Made by a program: the position numbers and the translations under genes. From contig SVTT01000004.1 in NCBI GenBank assembly GCA_015063625.1, positions 2,223 through 66,222 of the forward strand: 64,000 nt of DNA, given 5' to 3'. Of this stretch, positions 19,698 through 28,770 are shown in pieces. The notes beneath the pieces were generated by a model. That model was given only the letters and a program-made list of their open reading frames with translations, was not told the DNA's origin and searched no databases. Position 1 is the first letter of the stretch, and each line of letters opens with the position of its first letter. Source of the DNA: Oscillospiraceae bacterium (GTDB lineage: Bacteria > Bacillota > Clostridia > Oscillospirales > CAG-272).

Positions 19698-21641
19698 ATG
19701 GATATGTATGAGGTAAGATTTCAAGAAAAGACTGTTGCATTCGAGGCGCCGGTCACGGTATATGACGCTGCCCGTGCCGCGGAGCTTGCAAGCCGTTCTG
19801 TGCTCGCCGCCGAGGTCAACGGCAAAACAGTGGCACTCACCGAGCAGCTTTCGGCGGATACCGACGTGAAGCTGCTGACCTTTGCCGATGCCGCAGGCAA
19901 GCATGTGTTCCACCACACTGCCGCCCACGTGCTGGCACAGGCAGTCAAGCGTCTTTATCCCGACACCAAGCTGACCATCGGTCCTGCAATTGAAAACGGC
20001 TTTTACTATGACTTTGACAGCAGCGTACCCTTTACGCCCGAGGTCCTGTCGGCACTTGAGGGCGAGATGAAAAAGATCGTCAAGGAGAATCTCGTTCTCG
20101 AGCGCTTTGAGCTGCCCCGCGAGGAGGCGCGTTCGCTGATGAGCGAGAAGAACGAGCCCTATAAGGTCCAGCTGATCGATGAGCTGCCCGAGGATGCCGT
20201 GATCAGCTTTTACAGACAGGGCGAGTTTACCGATCTTTGCGCGGGTCCTCACCTGTTCTCCACGGGCGCCATCAAGGCATTCAAGCTGACCCAGTGCACG
20301 GGCGCTTATTGGAAGGGTGACCAGAACAATAAGATGCTTCAGCGCGTATACGGCGTGGCATTCCCCACCAAAGATGAGCTGAAGGCACATTTGGAGGCGC
20401 TGGAGGAGGCGAGAAAACGCGATCACAACAAGATCGGCAGAGAGCTTGAGTATTTCACGACCGTGGAGTCGATCGGTCAGGGGCTGCCCATCCTGCTTCC
20501 CAAGGGCGCACGTGTCATCCAGACCCTGCAACGTTGGATCGAGGACGAGGAGCAAAAGCGCGGCTATCTGCTGACCAAGACCCCTCTGATGGCAAAGCGC
20601 GATCTTTACCGTATTTCGGGTCACTGGGATCACTACCGTGACGGTATGTTCATCCTCGGAGATGCCGATGATGAAGCCAAGGAGTGCTTTGCGCTTCGCC
20701 CCATGACCTGCCCCTTCCAGTATCAGGTATTCCTCAATAAAAAGCGCTCCTATCGCGATCTTCCCATGCGCCTTGGCGAAACCTCCACGCTCTTCCGCAA
20801 CGAGGACAGTGGCGAGATGCACGGTCTGATCCGCGTGCGCCAGTTCACCATTTCCGAGGGGCATCTGATCCTGCGCCCCGAGCAGCTGGAGGAGGAGTTC
20901 CGCGGCTGCCTGGAGCTTGCCAAATACGTTCTCGATACCGTCGGCATGCTCGAAAACTGCTCATTCCGCTTCTCGCAGTGGGATCCTGCACGCGCAGGCA
21001 TCAAGTACGAGGGCACGGCGGAGCAGTGGGAGCACGCGCAGTCGGTCATGAAGGATATTCTCGATCACTTGGGCTTGGAGTATGAGGTCGGCATCGATGA
21101 GGCGGCATTCTACGGCCCTAAGCTTGATATCCAGTATAAGAACGTGTTCGGCAAGGAGGATACCATCGTTACCATCCAGATCGATATGCTGCTGGCGCAG
21201 AAGTTTGGCATGGAATACGTGGATTCCGACGGTCAGATGAAGACGCCTTATATCATTCACCGCACCTCGCTTGGCTGCTACGAGCGCACACTTGCCTATC
21301 TGATCGAGCGCTATGCGGGCGCGCTCCCCACGTGGATGGCACCCGTACAGGCAAAGCTCCTGCCCATCGGTGACGAGCATATCGATTATGCCTACGAGGT
21401 CAAGAGGCGGCTGGAGGCGGCGGGGCTGCGCGTTGAGGTCGATGACCGCAACGAAACCATCGGCAAGAAGATCCGTACCACGCAGCTTGAAAAAGTCCCT
21501 TATATGCTGGTCGTCGGCGACAATGAGATGAATGCGGGCGCGGTTGCCGTCCGTTCCCGTAAGGAGGGCGATCAGGGCGCGGTCAGCGTTGACGAATTTC
21601 TTGAAAAGATCCTCGTTGAGGTTGCGGAAAAGAGAAGATGA
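19698..21641 (+). CDS. thrS: threonine--tRNA ligase
   Basis: TGS + editing + class II core + anticodon-binding architecture; motifs FRNEDSGEMHGLIRVRQF and GPKLD. Confidence 0.9.
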   Translation: MDMYEVRFQEKTVAFEAPVTVYDAARAAELASRSVLAAEVNGKTVALTEQLSADTDVKLLTFADAAGKHVFHHTAAHVLAQAVKRLYPDTKLTIGPAIENGFYYDFDSSVPFTPEVLSALEGEMKKIVKENLVLERFELPREEARSLMSEKNEPYKVQLIDELPEDAVISFYRQGEFTDLCAGPHLFSTGAIKAFKLTQCTGAYWKGDQNNKMLQRVYGVAFPTKDELKAHLEALEEARKRDHNKIGRELEYFTTVESIGQGLPILLPKGARVIQTLQRWIEDEEQKRGYLLTKTPLMAKRDLYRISGHWDHYRDGMFILGDADDEAKECFALRPMTCPFQYQVFLNKKRSYRDLPMRLGETSTLFRNEDSGEMHGLIRVRQFTISEGHLILRPEQLEEEFRGCLELAKYVLDTVGMLENCSFRFSQWDPARAGIKYEGTAEQWEHAQSVMKDILDHLGLEYEVGIDEAAFYGPKLDIQYKNVFGKEDTIVTIQIDMLLAQKFGMEYVDSDGQMKTPYIIHRTSLGCYERTLAYLIERYAGALPTWMAPVQAKLLPIGDEHIDYAYEVKRRLEAAGLRVEVDDRNETIGKKIRTTQLEKVPYMLVVGDNEMNAGAVAVRSRKEGDQGAVSVDEFLEKILVEVAEKRR

Positions 21642-21662
21642 CACCTTGCAGCAAGGCAAGAG

Positions 21663-21700
21663 GGGAGGCTCCTTTCGGAGCCTCCCCCATTTTTGTGTTT
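21663..21700 (+). terminator. rho-independent terminator after thrS
   Basis: GGGGAGGCTCC-TTTC-GGAGCCTCCCC then ATTTTTGTGTTTT. Confidence 0.7.
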
Positions 21701-21970
21701 TCTGCTCCTATGACCGATCTTTGGTGCTTTTTTGGAAAAACATTCGAATCGCACCTCAAAAATTGGAATATTTTAATCAATAATTGGAAAGTAAGACGTC
21801 TTTGAGCCTTATGCGGGAAAGAGAAAAAAGAAAAGGAGCTCCTGTGGATACCTACCGTAAAGCAGTTTTTTATCAATATCAAAAGGGACGAGGTTTTCTC
21901 GTCCCTTTTGCACACTTCCTTGCCTGCAAGGTATAGTGTGTTATACCGTATTATCTTTTCGGGCGGTAAA

Positions 21971-22112
21971 AGAGTGATGTTTTTGCTTGCGCAAAAGTGA
22001 TGTTACTCGCTTCGCTCATAGTGATGTTGCGCCCGTCGGTCGCGGTGATGTGATGTTTGCCCATTGCGCCGTCAGGCGTAACATCACTTGCCCGCAAGGG
22101 CAAACATCGCTC
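21971..22112. repeat. structured intergenic repeat element, copy B (inverted, partial relative to copy A)
   Basis: GTGATGTT x4-5 then AACATCAC; reverse complement of copy A matches B segment by segment (e.g. GTGATGTTTTTGCTTGCGCAAAAGTGATGTTACTCGCTTCGCTCATAGTGATGTT). Confidence 0.65.
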
Positions 22113-22172
22113 GGCGTACCTGCTTTATCGCAGGTCGCCGTGTGGAGTCCCTTTTCTCTTTTCACGAATCGT

Positions 22173-23834
22173 TTACTTCACGTCGATCACGGATTCATCC
22201 CACATCTCGGGCGCTTCAAAGCCGAGCAGGTTGACCATGGTGGCGGCGACGTTGGAAAGTCCGAAACTACCCTCGTCCTTCTTCACTGTGTAAGCGTTCT
22301 TTGCGGGGGTGTTGTCATAGATGATGCAGGGAACGGGATTGAGGGTGTGGCTGGTCTTTGCCTTGAAGTTGCCGTTCTTGTCCGCCTTGGGACCCTTGGT
22401 CTTCTTGTCGATCTCGTACATTTCGTCGGCGTTGCCGTGGTCTGCGGTGATCAGAGCTACACCGCCGAGGCGGTCGATGACGGGCAGAATGCGACCGAGC
22501 TGGAGGTCAAGCGCCTCCATCGAGCAACGGGTAGCGGCAAGGGAGCCGGTGTGTCCCACCATATCGCCGTTGGGGAAGTTGACGCGCAGATAGCGGTACT
22601 TGCCGCTTTCAAGACACTCGATCAGCTTGTCGGTGATCTCGGCGCACTTCATCCAGGGGCGCTGCTCAAAGGGAACGACGTCGGAGGGAATCTCGATATA
22701 GGTCTCAAGCTCCTCGGAGAACTTGCCGGATTTGTTGCCGTTCCAGAAGTAGGTCACGTGACCGTATTTTTGGGTTTCGGAGATGGCAAGCTGGGGAATG
22801 CCCATGTCGGCAAGATATTCGCTCATGGTGTTGGTGATCTCGGGGGGAGAAACCAGATACTTTTTCGGAATGTGCAGATCGCCGTCATATTCAAGCATGC
22901 CTGCGTAAACGACCTCGGGAACGCGCACGCGGTCAAATTTGTCAAATTCCTCGCCGCCGTCAAACGCCTTGGAGATCTCGATCGAACGGTCACCGCGGAA
23001 GTTGAAGAAGATCACGCTGTCGCCGTCCTCGACTGTGCCGAGGGGCTTTCCGTCGCGCGCGATGACGAAGGGGGGGAGATCCTGGTCGATCACATGGTAT
23101 TCGTTGCGGTATGCCTTGACCGCCTCTGCGGCAGAGGCGAACTGACGTCCCTCGCCGAGCACGTGAGTTTTCCAGCCCAGCTCTACCATGCCCCAGTTTG
23201 CTTCATAGCGGTCCATGGTGATGCACATGCGGCCGCCGCCACTGGCAATCGCAACGTCAAAGGAGGCATCGCGGAGCTCGGCAAGGAATGCCTCGAACGG
23301 ATCAATGTATTCGAGCGCCGAGGTCTCGCCCACATCGCGACCGTCAATGAGGACATGGATGCGTACGCGCGCCACGCCCTCCTTCTTTGCCTGCCTTACC
23401 ATTGCCTTCAGATGGTCGATGTGCGAGTGCACGTTTCCATCCGAGAAAAGACCGAGGAAGTGAAGCGTGCCCGCAGTCGCCTTCACGTTGCCGATCAGCT
23501 CCTGCCAGGTGCCGCTGGCAAACATTTTGCCGGATTCGATCGAATTGGAAACCAGCTTTGCACCCTGCGCAAAGACCTGACCTGCACCGAGGGCGTTGTG
23601 ACCGACCTCGGAGTTACCCATGTCGTCGTCGGAGGGGAGGCCGACTGCCGTGCCGTGTGCCTTGAGTGCCACGGTGGGGTAGGTTTTCATCAGCATGTCA
23701 AGCACGGGGGTGTAGGCGGTGGTCACGGCGTTGCCCACAGTGTCGGGAGCAATGCCCACACCGTCCATCACGATGGTCAGAACGGGACCCTTGATGCCAC
23801 CAAAGCTTTTGAGAGAGTTGAGCTTTTTATTCAT
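22173..23834 (-). CDS. gpmI: 2,3-bisphosphoglycerate-independent phosphoglycerate mutase
   Basis: iPGM signature (SDGNVHSHIDHL, metal-binding Asp/His set, C-terminal ADHGNADEM); start at MNKKLNSL with AAGGAGA RBS. Confidence 0.9.
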   Translation of the reverse strand: MNKKLNSLKSFGGIKGPVLTIVMDGVGIAPDTVGNAVTTAYTPVLDMLMKTYPTVALKAHGTAVGLPSDDDMGNSEVGHNALGAGQVFAQGAKLVSNSIESGKMFASGTWQELIGNVKATAGTLHFLGLFSDGNVHSHIDHLKAMVRQAKKEGVARVRIHVLIDGRDVGETSALEYIDPFEAFLAELRDASFDVAIASGGGRMCITMDRYEANWGMVELGWKTHVLGEGRQFASAAEAVKAYRNEYHVIDQDLPPFVIARDGKPLGTVEDGDSVIFFNFRGDRSIEISKAFDGGEEFDKFDRVRVPEVVYAGMLEYDGDLHIPKKYLVSPPEITNTMSEYLADMGIPQLAISETQKYGHVTYFWNGNKSGKFSEELETYIEIPSDVVPFEQRPWMKCAEITDKLIECLESGKYRYLRVNFPNGDMVGHTGSLAATRCSMEALDLQLGRILPVIDRLGGVALITADHGNADEMYEIDKKTKGPKADKNGNFKAKTSHTLNPVPCIIYDNTPAKNAYTVKKDEGSFGLSNVAATMVNLLGFEAPEMWDESVIDVK

Positions 23835-23907
23835 AATATCTCCTTGTTTGTCGGCGCGGCACTTGCCAAAACGCCGTTCCTGTGTTATACTTTTAAAGAA
23901 ATCGGAC

Positions 23908-25140
23908 TTATTTGCGTGCTGCGCTGACCAGCGCCTCGGTGTCACGTGCGATCACCAGCTCCTCGTTGGTGGGGATGAGGTAGACTGCCACCTTGGAGTC
24001 GTCGGTGGAAAGCTTGACGATGTTGGATTGACGCAGCATCTTGGCGTTGAGCTCCTTGTTGATCTTGATGCCGAAGTAATCCATGTCCTCGCATACGATC
24101 TCGCGCAGATGGGGGTTGTTCTCGCCGATGCCTGCGGTAAAGACGACGGCGTCAAGGCCGTTCATCTCGGCGGTGTAGGCACCGATATATTTTTTGATCT
24201 GCAGCTTGAGGATGTTGACCGCAAGGTTGGATTGCTCGTAGTGGGGATTGGAGGGACCCTCGCCGATTGCCTTTTCGAGGTCGCGCGAGTCGGAGGAATA
24301 GCCCTCGGTCACGCCAAGGAAGCCCGACTTTTTGTTCATCAGCTGGTTGACGCCCTCGGTGGTGAGGTTCAGCTTTTCCATCATGAAGGGAACGATCGCG
24401 GGGTCGATGTCGCCGCAACGCGTGCCCATTTCCACACCTGCAAGGGGGGTAAAGCCCATCGAGGTGTCCATCACCTTGCCGTCCTTGACAGCCGAGATCG
24501 ATGAGCCGTTGCCGATATGACAGGTCACGATCTTGGTGCCCTCGGTGCGACCGAGGATCCTTGCCATCTCACCCGCCACAAAACGGTGGGAGGTGCCGTG
24601 TGCGCCGTAGCGGCGAACGCCGTAATCGCGGTAAAGCTCGTAGGGAAGCGCATACATGAATGCCTCGGGTGCCATGGTCTGATGGAAGGCGGTGTCAAAT
24701 ACCAGTACCTGCGGCTTGTCGGGCATGACGGCAAGGCAACCCTCAATTCCCTGGATGTGAGCAGGGGTGTGGAGGGGAGCAAAATCGTGGCAAAGGCGCA
24801 GCTTTTCAAGCACCTCGTCGGTCAGCAGAACCGACTCGGAGAAGAAGGCGCCGCCGTGCACCACGCGGTGCCCCACAGCCTCGATCTCGTCCATGCTGGC
24901 GATGCAACCGTAGGTGCTGTCAAGCAGCTTTTCCACGACAAGCTTCATGGCATCGGCATGGTTCTTGAGGGGGCGTGCCTCCTCGCATTTCAGATTTTTC
25001 AGAAGGTGCTTGTGCTCAATGGCAGAGCCCTCGGTTCCGATACGCTCGCAGATGCCCTTGGCAAAAACGGTTTCGGTGTTGGTATCAAAAAGTTGGTATT
25101 TGAGGGAGCTTGATCCCGCATTGACGACCAGTACGTTCAT
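23908..25140 (-). CDS. ackA: acetate kinase
   Basis: N-terminus MNVLVVNAGSSSLKYQLF, HRVVHGG, VTCHIGNGSS, AHGTSH motifs. Confidence 0.9.
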   Translation of the reverse strand: MNVLVVNAGSSSLKYQLFDTNTETVFAKGICERIGTEGSAIEHKHLLKNLKCEEARPLKNHADAMKLVVEKLLDSTYGCIASMDEIEAVGHRVVHGGAFFSESVLLTDEVLEKLRLCHDFAPLHTPAHIQGIEGCLAVMPDKPQVLVFDTAFHQTMAPEAFMYALPYELYRDYGVRRYGAHGTSHRFVAGEMARILGRTEGTKIVTCHIGNGSSISAVKDGKVMDTSMGFTPLAGVEMGTRCGDIDPAIVPFMMEKLNLTTEGVNQLMNKKSGFLGVTEGYSSDSRDLEKAIGEGPSNPHYEQSNLAVNILKLQIKKYIGAYTAEMNGLDAVVFTAGIGENNPHLREIVCEDMDYFGIKINKELNAKMLRQSNIVKLSTDDSKVAVYLIPTNEELVIARDTEALVSAARK

Positions 25141-25261
25141 ATAAGTCCTCCGTGGTTTAATATATCGCCTATCAGTATAACATAACTTTCCGTTGTTTTC
25201 AATCACTTGTCCCGAAAAAAGGGAAATTTTTCCCCTGCTTGGGGAAAAGAGGAGTCAGATC

Positions 25262-26428
25262 ATGAAGCACGTTGGTATTATTTGTGAATACAACCCGATC
25301 CATACGGGACACGCGCATTTGCTGCGCGAGGTCAGGAATGCCGAGACCGTCATTTGCGTAATGAGCGGTAACTTCACTCAGCGCGGCGAGGCGGCGATCC
25401 TGCCACCTGTGGTTCGCGCGGCAATGGCGGTCGAGGCAGGCGCCGACCTTGTGCTGGAGCTTCCCTTTCCCTTTTCGGCATCCTCGGCGCGCTATTTTGC
25501 CACGGCAGGTGTGCGCGCGCTGGCAGGCGTGGGAGCAGACCATATTGCCTTTGGCAGCGAAAGCGGTGATCTTGCAATGCTTCGGGATCTGGCGGAGCGC
25601 GTGCCGGAGCACGGTGCTCTGGCAGCATCCCCGGAAAAGGGCAGTGCCTCTGCGTATTTCACGGCGCTCGGAGCCGCACTTTCCTCCAACGACATTCTTG
25701 CGGTCGAGTATCTTGCGGCGATCGCGCGCGAGAAGCTTGCCCTTGTGCCCCTTGCCGTGCGCCGTACAGGCGCGGCATACCGCGATACGGTGGCTGAAAA
25801 TGGCGCGTTCCCCTCGGCAAGCGCACTGCGGGCACGCTTGGAGGCGGGAGAGGATGTGAGAGGGGATATGCCCCCTGCCGCCGCACGCGTATTTGAGGAG
25901 GCTCTTTCCCGATATCCCATCGCACGTACCGAGAAATTGGGGGATGCTATGCTGGCGCTTTTGAGGAGAGGGGCGACCGATCATCTGACGGGCAGGGAGA
26001 ACGGAAGCTTTCTTGATGTTGCCGATTGCGGTGGCGGCTTGCTGAGGCGGCTGCAAAAGGCGGCGCTGGTTTCGGGGGACTACGAATCGCTTTGCCGTGC
26101 GGCGGCAACCAAGCGCTATACCGACGGACGTATCCGCCGTGCCTTGCTTTATCTCCTTTCGGGCGTCACCGAGGCGGATCTCGCGGCGCCTCCCGCCTAC
26201 CTGCGGTTGCTTGCCATGAACAGCAGGGGCAGAAAATTTCTTGCAATGACCGAAAAAACACGCACCGTTCCCGTGGTAACCAAGCAAAGTGAGATCGCGG
26301 CGAATATAAGCGCAACGCGTGCGCGTGCGCTGGCGCTTGTCGCCGACGGACTTTATTCCATCTGCCTTGACGGCAGTCTGCTTCCCCACGAGCTTCAGAC
26401 CGCCAAGCCCTATTTTTCCTGCCTTTGA
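25262..26428 (+). CDS. tmcAL: nucleotidyltransferase-family protein, probable tRNA(Met) cytidine acetate ligase
   Basis: HIGH-like nucleotidyltransferase N-terminus (GIICEYNPIHTGHAHLL) and YlbM/TmcAL-like length and layout. Confidence 0.7.
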   Translation: MKHVGIICEYNPIHTGHAHLLREVRNAETVICVMSGNFTQRGEAAILPPVVRAAMAVEAGADLVLELPFPFSASSARYFATAGVRALAGVGADHIAFGSESGDLAMLRDLAERVPEHGALAASPEKGSASAYFTALGAALSSNDILAVEYLAAIAREKLALVPLAVRRTGAAYRDTVAENGAFPSASALRARLEAGEDVRGDMPPAAARVFEEALSRYPIARTEKLGDAMLALLRRGATDHLTGRENGSFLDVADCGGGLLRRLQKAALVSGDYESLCRAAATKRYTDGRIRRALLYLLSGVTEADLAAPPAYLRLLAMNSRGRKFLAMTEKTRTVPVVTKQSEIAANISATRARALALVADGLYSICLDGSLLPHELQTAKPYFSCL

Positions 26429-26438
26429 GAATTGTTCT

Positions 26439-26466
26439 TGACTTTTTTAAAAAAGCGTGCTATACT
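26439..26466 (+). promoter_or_regulatory. sigma-A promoter (TTGACT-N16-TATACT) upstream of the 26505 ORF
   Basis: read directly from the sequence. Confidence 0.4.
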
Positions 26467-26504
26467 ACAATTTGTGGAAATCTATATCATAAGGAGGCGT
26501 TACG

Positions 26505-26807
26505 ATGGCTGATACGAGAAAAAAAGTAGAAGGCGAATATCTGCAGTATCAGGGAAAGCCCCTGGTGCGAGAGGAAAATACAATCATTTACGGTGATCTC
26601 AATCACGACCCCTGCGTGCTTGCACTGGAGATCATGTCCTACCGTGAGGACGGCGGAGAGAAGGTCCCCTCCAAGGTCCTGATCCAGATCCTTGACGCCA
26701 AGGATCCCAACAAGATCATCAAGCAGGGCAATAAGGATAGCCTGCATGATGCGTTTGCGCTCGGTACGACCTGGCTTGATCTCGAGCTGAAGAAAAATGC
26801 CCGTTGA
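26505..26807 (+). CDS. small hypothetical protein (100 aa)
   Basis: AAGGAGG RBS 7 nt upstream of ATG; no family assigned. Confidence 0.5.
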   Translation: MADTRKKVEGEYLQYQGKPLVREENTIIYGDLNHDPCVLALEIMSYREDGGEKVPSKVLIQILDAKDPNKIIKQGNKDSLHDAFALGTTWLDLELKKNAR

Positions 26808-26814
26808 TCGACCC

Positions 26815-26858
26815 AAAAAAGCAAAGAAGGACGAGAGATCGTCCTTCTTTGCTTTTTA
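26815..26858. terminator. bidirectional terminator (A-run, 12-bp stem, T-run)
   Basis: GCAAAGAAGGAC...GTCCTTCTTTGC stem flanked by AAAAA and TTTTT. Confidence 0.65.
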
Positions 26859-27131
26859 AAGATACAGAAAAATCAAAGCTGCCAGCGCGGCGTGCAGCAG
26901 AAGTCCAAGCAGATTCACGGCGTGAAAATACCAGTGCTTGGTCTTATGGCGGAACAACTGCATCGCAGCGATGCCGCCAAGCGCACCGCCGAAAAAGGAA
27001 AGGGAGAGGAGAACACGCTCGGGTATACGCCATGCCCCCCGCTTTGCCTTGCTCTTATCTGCGCCGTAAAAGATAAAGGTGATCAGGCTCATCACCAGAA
27101 TCGCGCAGGGATAGATCACGCGCAGATTCAT
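26856..27131 (-). CDS. DUF1294-like small membrane protein
   Basis: about 90 aa, two TM helices, KRGAWRIPE motif characteristic of DUF1294. Confidence 0.55.
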   Translation of the reverse strand: MNLRVIYPCAILVMSLITFIFYGADKSKAKRGAWRIPERVLLSLSFFGGALGGIAAMQLFRHKTKHWYFHAVNLLGLLLHAALAALIFLYL

Positions 27132-27340
27132 TTTTTGGAGTAATCCTGCTTGCGGATCTTGCCATCCTTTTTGTGGATGACGAAATTGCCGTCCTGATTT
27201 TCGGCGATGGTTTCGGCGTAGGCGATCGCCTCGACCTGCGTGTTAAACAGCTTGAGTGCTTTGGCTGCCTTTTCTGCCTTGACCTGCCATTTGCCGTCCT
27301 CGTTGAGGGATACGTGATAGGTTTTTCCTGCTGCTGCCAT
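27128..27340 (-). CDS. small DUF2188-like protein
   Basis: 70-aa KW/G-rich sequence (YHVSLNEDGKWQVKAEKAAKALKLFNTQVEAIAYA) resembling DUF2188; ATGA overlap with the upstream gene. Confidence 0.45.
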   Translation of the reverse strand: MAAAGKTYHVSLNEDGKWQVKAEKAAKALKLFNTQVEAIAYAETIAENQDGNFVIHKKDGKIRKQDYSKK

Positions 27341-27491
27341 GAGAAGCTCTCCTTTCGGTGTGTGAGATTTGTCCGATCACTTCAATTATAAAGCGAATTT
27401 CGGCAAAAAGCAACAATTTTTTATGAAAATGTGGAGAAAAAGTATAGCGCGGATGAAACGAAAAAACGCCAAAAATTTTTTCAAAAACCTA

Positions 27492-27520
27492 TTGACATCA
27501 GAGAACCTTTGTGCTAAAAT
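27492..27520 (+). promoter_or_regulatory. consensus sigma-A promoter (TTGACA-N17-TAAAAT) for the tRNA-Pro/tRNA-Leu pair
   Basis: read directly; TSS predicted about 10 nt upstream of tRNA-Pro. Confidence 0.6.
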
Positions 27521-27537
27521 GTATGAGTCGCTGATAT

Positions 27538-27613
27538 CTGGGTGTGGCGCAGTTGGTAGCGCGCTACCTTGGGGTGGTAGAGGCCGCACGTTCAAGTCGT
27601 GTCACTCAGACCA
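27538..27613 (+). tRNA. tRNA-Pro (anticodon GGG)
   Basis: hand-folded cloverleaf: 7-bp acceptor stem (one G-U), D stem GCGC/GCGC, anticodon stem CTACC/GGTAG with loop TTGGGGT, T-loop TTCAAGT, encoded CCA. Confidence 0.8.
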
Positions 27614-27700
27614 GCGGGTATGGCGGAATTGGCAGACGCGCTAGATTCAGGTTCTAGTGGGGGCAACTTCGTGGAGGTTCAAGTCCTCTTACCCGCACCA
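27614..27700 (+). tRNA. tRNA-Leu (anticodon CAG), long variable arm
   Basis: GCGGGTA...TACCCGC acceptor stem, anticodon loop TTCAGGT, long variable arm, encoded CCA; close match to canonical tRNA-Leu(CAG). Confidence 0.85.
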
Positions 27701-27742
27701 AAGCAAAAGGGACGTCCCGAATGGGGCGTCCCTTTTGCTTTG
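27699..27742 (+). terminator. long perfect hairpin immediately after tRNA-Leu (terminator or processing structure, no U-run)
   Basis: 16-bp perfect stem CAAAGCAAAAGGGACG...CGTCCCTTTTGCTTTG. Confidence 0.45.
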
Positions 27743-27923
27743 GTGCGGTGGAGGTTCGAAGAACCTCCGCCGAGTTTTCGTCTTTGCGCTTAATATTTCT
27801 CGTGGGGGGAAAATTATCTGTTACAGCACACGCGGCTTTCGATGGAACGCTTTTCGTAACGCGCAAAGTGCAGGCGTTTAGCCTGCAAGAAACACTCTTG
27901 TCGTGGCGGAACGCCACGTGGTT

Positions 27924-27952
27924 GGAGAGTTCAAGTCCTCTTACCCGCACCA
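27924..27952 (+). repeat. 29-nt direct repeat of the tRNA-Leu 3' end (T-arm + acceptor + CCA), att-like fragment
   Basis: GGAGAGTTCAAGTCCTCTTACCCGCACCA versus tRNA-Leu 3' end GGAGGTTCAAGTCCTCTTACCCGCACCA; no 5' half present. Confidence 0.7.
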
Positions 27953-27972
27953 TAAAAAAAGCAGCTCGTGGG

Positions 27973-28230
27973 TTAGCGTGTTATCCTTAACGGAGAACAC
28001 GCTAAAACTAGGTTTGCCCTTTGGGCAAGTGAAGTTATCTGCGATAGTGAAGTTTACTTTGCAAGTGAAGTTTCGCCTATGGCGAAGTGATGGGCAAACT
28101 TAACTTCACTTGTGCGTAGCACAAACTTCACTGCGTAGCAACTTCACTTTCGCGTCAGCGAAAACTTCACCAACAGAAAAAGAGAGAACATTTCGGCTAT
28201 AAACCGATTTGTTATCTCTTTCTGTTGTTA
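27973..28230. repeat. structured intergenic repeat element, copy C (GTGAAGTT x3 ... AACTTCAC x4 variant)
   Basis: same architecture and flanking modules as copy A (TTAGCGTG..CCTTAACGG..CACGCTAAAC, GTTTGCCCTT.GGGCAAG, AACAGAAAAAGAGAGAACATTT); both the 8-mer and its complement carry the same single-base change. Confidence 0.7.
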
Positions 28231-28285
28231 TAAGGGTTTGGGCTTAGCCCATTTGCGTTTGACTAGTCAAATGCGATGCTCGCTC

Positions 28286-28612
28286 TTAATAGTGCTTTTC
28301 AAATTCTCCGCTAAGAAGATCACCCATTTTCTCACGGGCTGTTTTTTGTTTGCAAAACGCTCCGGCAAGATCCTTGGTAACCATTACCTTGCGACACCGG
28401 GTGTAATGCAGATAGATATTTGACGTTGTGCACGTCGATCGGGCGTAGCTCATCACCTTTTCCTCTCGATACGCATATGTGAGCTCATAGCCGACTCCGA
28501 TTTGCCAACGATATGTAACGATCAAGTAGCTGATATCCTTGCGGATTTCAAAAAACAGAAAAGCGCCTTGCAGACCGATGCTTCCCTCAAGGCTTAGCCA
28601 AGGCGATCTCAC
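28286..28612 (-). pseudogene. lower-GC ORF (108 aa) of unknown function next to the tRNA att-like fragment; possible remnant of an integrated element
   Basis: GC content of 28.26-28.70 kb is visibly lower (about 48%) than surroundings; no start context or family recognisable. Confidence 0.3.
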
Positions 28613-28770
28613 GCAGGCTTGACCGTCCCCTTTGCAAAAACAGCCCGTGCCTTGTGCCCGTATCCTATGCTTTGAAAATGAAATTGTTGAACTTTGTCGT
28701 TTTATCTATACAAATTCCGATTTTTGTGCTATAATGGCGTTGCCCGATATTTTGAATCTGTGGGAGTAGC

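Noticed and set aside
21820-21930. 29-codon GTG-initiated small ORF with AAGGAG RBS between thrS and repeat element B
   Set aside because: Too short and unconserved to call; it overlaps a hairpin and may just be structured intergenic sequence.
21987-23927. 646-codon plus-strand ORF
   Set aside because: It is antisense to gpmI, which has unambiguous homology and an RBS. The shadow ORF translation is low-complexity and GC-driven.
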